Assembly: GCA_021299095.1 (NCBI GenBank)
Contig: JAJTFW010000011.1
Coordinates: 43 to 64,042 of the forward strand
Reading direction: 5' to 3'
DNA: 64,000 nt
Origin: Sphingobacteriales bacterium
GTDB taxonomy: Bacteria; Bacteroidota; Bacteroidia; AKYH767-A; OLB10
How positions within the stretch are numbered: position 1 is the stretch's first letter; every line of letters starts with the position of its first letter. Below are positions 57,563-64,000 of this stretch, piece by piece. The notes below the pieces were generated by a model. It did no database searches. It was not told the DNA's origin and was given only the letters and a program-made list of their open reading frames with translations. The position numbers and the translations under genes are program-made.

Positions 57563-57583
57563 CCAGAGAGCTGACACATAAAT

Positions 57584-57599
57584 TGGGTGTAAACACCCA
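57584..57599. promoter_or_regulatory. Palindromic candidate operator upstream of the giant adhesin
   Basis: TGGGTGT-AA-ACACCCA, with perfect 7 bp arms. Confidence 0.45.
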
Positions 57600-57706
57600 T
57601 ATCCAGCCCGAACAAATTCCTTTTTTTATCAACAATCCCGTCGTATTTTTAACAATCATATCGGGGTGTAGGGATGTTGTGCTGTTTTATTTCTTAGGCG
57701 ATCCGC

Positions 57707-60700
57707 ATGGTTAAACGTTTACTCTTAGTACTCCTCACGTTTTTCGTTTTTAATGTCCACGATTCATGGGCTCAAAACATCACGATGTCGAATGCGACCA
57801 ACTCCACCTGTGGGGGAAGTTTTTTCGATAGTGGGGGTCAGGCCAATGCATATGGCAACAACTTGAATTTAACACAGACGATATGCTCGTCAACCCCGGG
57901 GAGTTGTGTTTCCATTTCTTTCACCTCGTTCGATCTCGGCACCGGTGACACCCTTAGGATTTACAATGGGAACAGTACGGCAGCAGCCCTGGTTGGTACG
58001 TATACTGGAGGACAGAATCCGGGTCCAATCATCTCCAGTAGCGGATGCCTCACTTTCGTTTTCAAATCGAATGGAACGGTAACAGGACCAGGCTGGATAG
58101 GACAGCTTAGTTGTATCAACTGTCCCACATCCAACTGTGCAACCACCTGCTCAGGAGGTCCTGCACCTGCAAACGATGCCTGCGGAACTGCTCAGAATCT
58201 GGGCTCACTGCCAACACCTACTCCTTGTCCAGGTGGTGCCGCCACATCACTAACGATCAACTCGTCAAACCTTTGCGCTACAGCCGCTGTGCCATATTCG
58301 GCCTTACCCGGATGCCAGCCCTCCGGTGCGAACATGGCCAATCCAGCTGCGGACGTCTGGTATCGTTTCACAGTCACAGCTCCTGTTTTGAACATCGGTT
58401 TGTCGGGCGGTCTTACTACACCCACCATCGGATTGTACAGCGGAACCTCTTGTACCTCTTTGAACCCGGTTGGATGTGCTGTGGGTAACGCGGGTAGCCT
58501 TACGGCCAGTTACAGTGGACTTCCTGCCGGAACCTACTATTTGCAGGTCAGTGGCGGCAATGTGAACGATCAGTGCAACTATACGCTGTCGCTACAAAAT
58601 AACTTCGATTGTTCAGGTTGTGTGATTCAGGCAAACATGACTGTGAATCCACCACCCGTGAACGGCTATTATTACCCCGGTCAAACGGTCAATTTCTGCT
58701 ATACCATTTCCAATTACAACCAAACGTCGAACAATTGGTTGCATGGCGTAGTACCCTCATTCAGTCCAGGATGGGACATGAGCTCATTTGTTCCGGTCAG
58801 TAGTACCAACTGCTCAAATGCCGGAACGTGGAACTGGTATAATACCAATGTGACCAGTAGTGCTAATGGTCAGACATTTGGCCCTGGATTCTATTACGAA
58901 TCGGCTTTAGGCAGTCCGATTGGTCTAACAGATGGAAACCCCGGCAACAATTTTGGAGACAACAACCCCAACAATGTTTGTGATTGGACTTTTTGCTGGC
59001 GCATCAATACTGATCCGGCCGCGAATTGCGTGCAAGGAGCAGTATTGAATGTATCGGTGAATAGTCTCGGTGACGGGGAAAGTGGTTCCTGGGGTTCGGT
59101 TGCATGTACACAGGATCCCAATGCCAATTTCCTTGCCTACTTGAACTGCTGTCTCCCTCCAACATTGGCTACGGTCAACCCGTTGTGTCCGGGGCAAACC
59201 AATGGCAGCGCCACGGCAACTGGGCAAGGAGTGGGTCCATGGGATTACATCTGGAGCGATGTGAATGGCGTCGCATTTCTGACCCAAAACAATTTATCCG
59301 GATCAGGTACTGCTTCCAACCTCGCAGCGGGCACCTATGCGGTAACGGTGGTTGATGCTACGGGTTGCACGGCATCGCAATTCTTTACCATCAGCACTCC
59401 TGCGGGTGGCACCTTTACGGCCAGTGCTAACCCTACACCGGTGGCATGTGCCGGGGGGAATACCGGCGCCGTTAGTGTTTCCCTGAACGGAGGCGCGGCT
59501 GCGTTCTCCTACGCCTGGACACCAGCCGGACCCAACTCCCCGACACGAAACAACCTTGCTGCAGGCACCTATTCGGTAGTTGTTACAGATGCCAACGGCT
59601 GTACAGCTACGGCTACTGCTACAGTGGCACAGCCTCCCGTATTGAATATCAATATACCTGCAACAACCAATGTGGCTTGTGCAGGAGGTCAGACCGGCTC
59701 CATCACGGCCGCCGCAAGCGGTGGAAGTCCCAATTATACATACGCCTGGAGTGGAGGTGCTTCCGGGGCAACTGCCAGCGGCCTTACGGCAGGTACCTAT
59801 ACTGTGACAGTCACAGATAATGCCGGATGTACTGCAGTCACTACAGCCAGCATTTCCCAGCCGACACCTTTAGTCCTAAACACTTCCAGCACTGCAGCAA
59901 ACTGTGGCTCTTCAAATGGATCAGCTTCTGTTGCTGCATCAGGCGGTTCAGGCGGCTATAATTATATATGGACGCCATCCGGCGGATCTGCTTCCACCGC
60001 CTCCGGTCTATCTGCCGGTAGCTACAACGTTACAGTTACTGACGTCAATGGGTGTACATCGGCTACCTCGGTCAGTGTGGCCAGTACAACGGGACCTACC
60101 GCCAGTATTTTGAATCAAACCAATGTGGCCTGCAATGGAGGCTCAACCGGTAGTGTACAAGTCGGACCTGTGGGAGGAACCGCTCCGTTCAACTACACCT
60201 GGTCTCCAGCGGTAAGCAATAGCAATAGTGCATCCGGACTTGCTGCTGGAAACTATACGGTGACCATTACAGACAACTCGGGCTGTACCGCTACAGTTGC
60301 AATCGCCATCACTCAGCCACCAGCGCTTACCGCTTCTGTCATTTCGAATACTCCGCAAAGTTGTGTTGGTGTTTCAGACGGGGCATTGACCGTGCAGGGG
60401 CTTGGCGGTTCTTCCGGTTATTCAGTCAGTTGGAGCAATGGAGCTAGTGGAGCAACAGCTTCGGGACTTGCACCGGGATCCTACACGGCGACCGTAACGG
60501 ATGCCAACGGCTGCACCACGACAGTAACTGCAAACGTAGCAGCCGCTACGCCGATTGTACCCACCATAAACTCTGTTGTCCCTGTTTCCTGTAACGGTGG
60601 TGCCAATGGCAGTGCAACCGCTTCTGCCTCGGGAGGTACCGCTGGATACTCCTATGCTTGGAGCAATGGTGCATCCGGAGTAACCGCCAGTGGACTCTCT

Positions 60701-63700
60701 GCAGGGAATTATGTTGTCACCATTACGGACGGATCGGGTTGTACGGTAACGACTCAGACGAGCATTGTACAGCCTGCGGCCATTGTCGCCCAACCCAGCA
60801 CCAACCCGTCAACCTGTGGAAACAGTAACGGAAGTGCATCCGTATCTGTATCCGGCGGGACACCAGTCTATTCATACAATTGGGCCCCTTCCGGTGGAAG
60901 TGGATCCAGTGCTACCGGTCTTGCAGCGGGAACCTATTCGGTTACAGTGACAGATTTGAACGGTTGCACCGCATCAGTAGCAGGAATTTCCGTTGTTGAC
61001 CAACCTGCACCCCAGGCTTTGATCAATGCGGTATCGGATGTAACCTGCAGCGGAGCCAACAATGGTTCGGTTACGGTTCAGGCTAACGGGGGAACACAAC
61101 CGCTTACTTACACCTGGTCAACTGGCCAGTCCGGAAATTCACCAAGCATCAGCGGACTTGCTCCTGGAACTTATTCGGTTACTGTTTCAGATGCAAACGG
61201 ATGCACAGCACTGGCTACAGCGACAGTTGCTACACCCACTCCCATTCAGACATCGCTCACGCCGGTAGCTGCACATTGCGGACAAGCCGACGGGTCAGTA
61301 TCTGCGAGTGTTCTGGGAGGGACTCCCGGTTATACCTATTCGTGGTCAAGTGGTAGTACAGGTGCGGCGATCAGCAATGTCATTCCAGGCACGTATTCGG
61401 TAACGGTTACGGATGTCAACGGGTGTACACAAGTTGTACAGGCTACAGTAGCCAATACGCCACCTCCCGTTCTTGCCCAAACGGCGTTGACGAATGCCCT
61501 CTGTGCGGGAACCGCTACCGGATCGGCATCAGTTTCTGCTGCAGGTGGAACCGGTCCCTATACCTATTTATGGTCGAACGGTGCAGGTGGGTCGGTAGCG
61601 TCCAATCTCGCAACAGGAACGTATACGGTCACCGTTACAGATGTATACGGATGTACGGCAGTATTGACCATACCGGTCACTGAACCCTTGCCTTTGCTTG
61701 TTGTTCCAGCACCGACTCCCTCAACCTGTGGTCAGAGCAATGGCGCCGTATCCATCGCAATTTCAGGTGGAACACAACCCTATATACCCACCTGGAACAC
61801 AGGTGCAAGCAACACAACTAACCTAAGTGGATTGGTAGCTGGCTCTTATTCAGCGACGGTCACCGATAACAACGGCTGTACGCAATCTGTGCAGGTCAGT
61901 GTGAGCGATTTGCCCTCGCCCGTACTGGCGAATCCAACAGCCACGCCTGTGAGCTGTAATGGAGGAAGTAACGGAACAACAGCGGTGGTACTGGTTTCCA
62001 GTACTGGAGCTGTGAATTATAGTTGGTCTCCTTCAGGCGGAAATTCTGCTACGGCATCCGGACTAACAGCGGGTACGTACACCGTTACTGCTACGGATAA
62101 CAACGGATGTACTGCAACACAAACAGTGATAGTTAGCCAACCACCACTTCTGGTTCCCGCCGCACAATCACTTCCGGCTTTGTGCAACGCTTCGCCGACT
62201 GGATCAGCTTCAGTTTTGGCATCTGGAGGTGTCTCATCTTATACGTATAGTTGGAGTAATGGTGCCTCCGGTTCGGCTGCATCGAATCTTTTTGCTGGTT
62301 CCTACACAGTAGTTGTAACTGATAACAATGGCTGTACGGCACAAACCACCGTCCAGGTAGCTCAGCCTGCAGCCTTGGCTCTACCGCTTACGCCTGTCAA
62401 CGCCAACTGCAATGGTGCATCAACCGGTTCAGTTTCATCTTTGGCAAGCGGCGGTACCACCCCTTACACGTACCTCTGGAACACCGGTAGTACACTCTCA
62501 GCCGTTTCTGCTGTTCCCGCAGGCACCTACACTGTAACCGTGACCGATGCCAATGGTTGCACCTTGCAGAACACCGTAGTCGTTACTCAACCGACACCCG
62601 TCGTCGTTCAGGCTTCGGTTACTGATGCTACCTGCAGCCAGAACAACGGTACAGCTAGCGCGAATGCTTCCGGTGGCACGGGCACCTTAAATTATACGTG
62701 GTCCAATACCCAAACGGGATCGTCTGTTTCGGGTCTTGCTCCGGGCAGTTACACAGTCACTGCAACGGATGCCAATGGGTGCACCGCAACATCGACCGTA
62801 TCGCTCATCAATTACCCCGCTCCCACATTGAATCCGCCGGTTTCGACTCCCGTGAGTTGCAATGGAGGGGCCAATGGAACGGCTTCGGTGAGCGTATTGA
62901 GTGGTACAGGCCCTTACGCTTACGCGTGGTCTCCCTCAGGTGGATCATCTAATGCCGCCAGCGGACTCTCTGCTGGAAATTATTCAATAGTAGTAACCGA
63001 CAACAACGGCTGTACGAGCACCACTTCCGTGGTCATTACGCAACCCACAGCACTCAACCTGCAGTTGTCCTCTACTCAAGCTACCTGCGGTAATCCCAAC
63101 GGAAGCGTATCTGCTGTTGTCAGTGGAGGAACACAGGCTTATTACTACTCTTGGAGCAGCGGATCAATCAACAGTACAACAGGCGGCTTGCTCGCAGGGA
63201 ACTATACGCTTACCGTTACAGATAACAATGGATGTACCGTTGTCGGACAGGTTGCTGTTCCTACACCTCCAGCACTGGCAGTGATTGCATCTGCCTCTCC
63301 TGCGAATTGCAATGGTGCGGCCACCGGTGCAGCCTCGGCGGCAGTAGCCGGCGGCACGTCCCCTTTCACATATGCCTGGACCAATGGATCCATTCAGCAG
63401 AATCCTTCCGGCTTGCCCGCCGGAGCCTACACGGTGGTTATCACCGATGCGAACGGATGTACCGCCACAACAGCAGCTGCGGTGGTTACACAACCCACGC
63501 CAATCGTATTGCAAACCCAATCGACGGCCTCCTTGTGCAGTACAGCAAATGGTACCGCACAAGTAAGCGGTTCGGGAGGCACGGGACTTCTGAATTACGT
63601 GTGGTCAAACGGCCAAACTGGGAATTCCATTTCCAATCTTGCGGCTGGCAGTTATACGGCCACAGCCACTGATGCCAACGGATGCACTTCGGTTGCAGTT

Positions 63701-64000
63701 GCAGCGGTCAGTAATCTGGGAGGACCTACACTGGTGGTTTCTCAACCCACCGCGGTTAGCTGCGCCGGAGGTAATAACGGTAGCGCCTCTGTGCTCGTCG
63801 CTCCAGGTGGCAATGGACCTTTTTTGTACAACTGGACACCAAGTGGTGGTATAAATCCAACAGCTACTGGTTTGTCTGCTGGAAATTATCAGGTGACTGT
63901 AACCGATGCCAACGGATGTATTGCTGTTGAATCGTACGTGATTACAGAGCCCCTTCCGCTCCAAGCCACTGCCTCCGGTCAACCGGTCAATTGCAATGGA
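57707..64000 (+). CDS. Giant CUB-domain plus SprB-repeat surface adhesin (3' end outside window)
   Basis: ATG 57707 MVKRLLLVLL..AQ; CUB-like CGGSFFDSGG..ISFTSFD..LRIYNG..GCLTFVFKS..GW; PANDAC module; about 21 repeats of GGxxPYxYxW..GLxAGxYxVTVTDxNGC. The same frame reads through at every spot checked to 64000. It is absent from the ORF track, consistent with having no stop in the window. Confidence 0.92.
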   Translation, partial: MVKRLLLVLLTFFVFNVHDSWAQNITMSNATNSTCGGSFFDSGGQANAYGNNLNLTQTICSSTPGSCVSISFTSFDLGTGDTLRIYNGNSTAAALVGTYTGGQNPGPIISSSGCLTFVFKSNGTVTGPGWIGQLSCINCPTSNCATTCSGGPAPANDACGTAQNLGSLPTPTPCPGGAATSLTINSSNLCATAAVPYSALPGCQPSGANMANPAADVWYRFTVTAPVLNIGLSGGLTTPTIGLYSGTSCTSLNPVGCAVGNAGSLTASYSGLPAGTYYLQVSGGNVNDQCNYTLSLQNNFDCSGCVIQANMTVNPPPVNGYYYPGQTVNFCYTISNYNQTSNNWLHGVVPSFSPGWDMSSFVPVSSTNCSNAGTWNWYNTNVTSSANGQTFGPGFYYESALGSPIGLTDGNPGNNFGDNNPNNVCDWTFCWRINTDPAANCVQGAVLNVSVNSLGDGESGSWGSVACTQDPNANFLAYLNCCLPPTLATVNPLCPGQTNGSATATGQGVGPWDYIWSDVNGVAFLTQNNLSGSGTASNLAAGTYAVTVVDATGCTASQFFTISTPAGGTFTASANPTPVACAGGNTGAVSVSLNGGAAAFSYAWTPAGPNSPTRNNLAAGTYSVVVTDANGCTATATATVAQPPVLNINIPATTNVACAGGQTGSITAAASGGSPNYTYAWSGGASGATASGLTAGTYTVTVTDNAGCTAVTTASISQPTPLVLNTSSTAANCGSSNGSASVAASGGSGGYNYIWTPSGGSASTASGLSAGSYNVTVTDVNGCTSATSVSVASTTGPTASILNQTNVACNGGSTGSVQVGPVGGTAPFNYTWSPAVSNSNSASGLAAGNYTVTITDNSGCTATVAIAITQPPALTASVISNTPQSCVGVSDGALTVQGLGGSSGYSVSWSNGASGATASGLAPGSYTATVTDANGCTTTVTANVAAATPIVPTINSVVPVSCNGGANGSATASASGGTAGYSYAWSNGASGVTASGLSAGNYVVTITDGSGCTVTTQTSIVQPAAIVAQPSTNPSTCGNSNGSASVSVSGGTPVYSYNWAPSGGSGSSATGLAAGTYSVTVTDLNGCTASVAGISVVDQPAPQALINAVSDVTCSGANNGSVTVQANGGTQPLTYTWSTGQSGNSPSISGLAPGTYSVTVSDANGCTALATATVATPTPIQTSLTPVAAHCGQADGSVSASVLGGTPGYTYSWSSGSTGAAISNVIPGTYSVTVTDVNGCTQVVQATVANTPPPVLAQTALTNALCAGTATGSASVSAAGGTGPYTYLWSNGAGGSVASNLATGTYTVTVTDVYGCTAVLTIPVTEPLPLLVVPAPTPSTCGQSNGAVSIAISGGTQPYIPTWNTGASNTTNLSGLVAGSYSATVTDNNGCTQSVQVSVSDLPSPVLANPTATPVSCNGGSNGTTAVVLVSSTGAVNYSWSPSGGNSATASGLTAGTYTVTATDNNGCTATQTVIVSQPPLLVPAAQSLPALCNASPTGSASVLASGGVSSYTYSWSNGASGSAASNLFAGSYTVVVTDNNGCTAQTTVQVAQPAALALPLTPVNANCNGASTGSVSSLASGGTTPYTYLWNTGSTLSAVSAVPAGTYTVTVTDANGCTLQNTVVVTQPTPVVVQASVTDATCSQNNGTASANASGGTGTLNYTWSNTQTGSSVSGLAPGSYTVTATDANGCTATSTVSLINYPAPTLNPPVSTPVSCNGGANGTASVSVLSGTGPYAYAWSPSGGSSNAASGLSAGNYSIVVTDNNGCTSTTSVVITQPTALNLQLSSTQATCGNPNGSVSAVVSGGTQAYYYSWSSGSINSTTGGLLAGNYTLTVTDNNGCTVVGQVAVPTPPALAVIASASPANCNGAATGAASAAVAGGTSPFTYAWTNGSIQQNPSGLPAGAYTVVITDANGCTATTAAAVVTQPTPIVLQTQSTASLCSTANGTAQVSGSGGTGLLNYVWSNGQTGNSISNLAAGSYTATATDANGCTSVAVAAVSNLGGPTLVVSQPTAVSCAGGNNGSASVLVAPGGNGPFLYNWTPSGGINPTATGLSAGNYQVTVTDANGCIAVESYVITEPLPLQATASGQPVNCNG

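Noticed and set aside
59300-64000. Regularly spaced repeats considered as a CRISPR array
   Set aside because: The period is ~228 nt, the repeats are degenerate at third codon positions and protein-coding, and there are no cas genes.
1-64000. tRNA, rRNA, IS elements, integrases
   Set aside because: No cloverleaf or T-loop signatures were seen in the short intergenic gaps, and no transposase or recombinase motifs in the ORFs. This was by eye only, and tRNAscan/ISEScan would be decisive.

Overview
Gene-dense 64 kb chromosomal window from a Bacteroidota bacterium, inferred from TAnnTTTG-type -7 promoter boxes, no obvious Shine-Dalgarno sites, seven T9SS C-terminal-domain cargo proteins, a SprB-like adhesin and the conserved dut-TPR-DUF4292-EnvC block. 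Housekeeping genes are gltX (partial), glnS, folB, rnr, rpiB, uvrC, dut, tatA, gpsA and a DEAD-box helicase. The most notable accessory features are: (i) a translationally coupled methyltransferase-MbnP(WxW)-Tyr-ligated MauG/MbnH-type diheme enzyme locus followed by a T9SS-secreted YHYH protein, with no methanobactin genes; (ii) a stand-alone Firmicutes-like nitric oxide synthase oxygenase between a double thioredoxin and a T9SS-secreted cyclophilin; (iii) a cytochrome P460-family lipoprotein; (iv) a bacterial ceramide-synthase-like GNAT; (v) a PKD cargo-ECF sigma-anti-sigma unit with an ECF-type promoter; (vi) two structured 5' leaders and a REP-like hairpin; and (vii) a >2098-codon CUB+SprB-repeat ORF that is missing from the supplied track. 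Three genes appear to have lost short segments, which may be real decay or assembly artefacts. I saw no tRNA, rRNA, CRISPR array, IS element or prophage. All family assignments come from motif recognition by eye, not from database searches.
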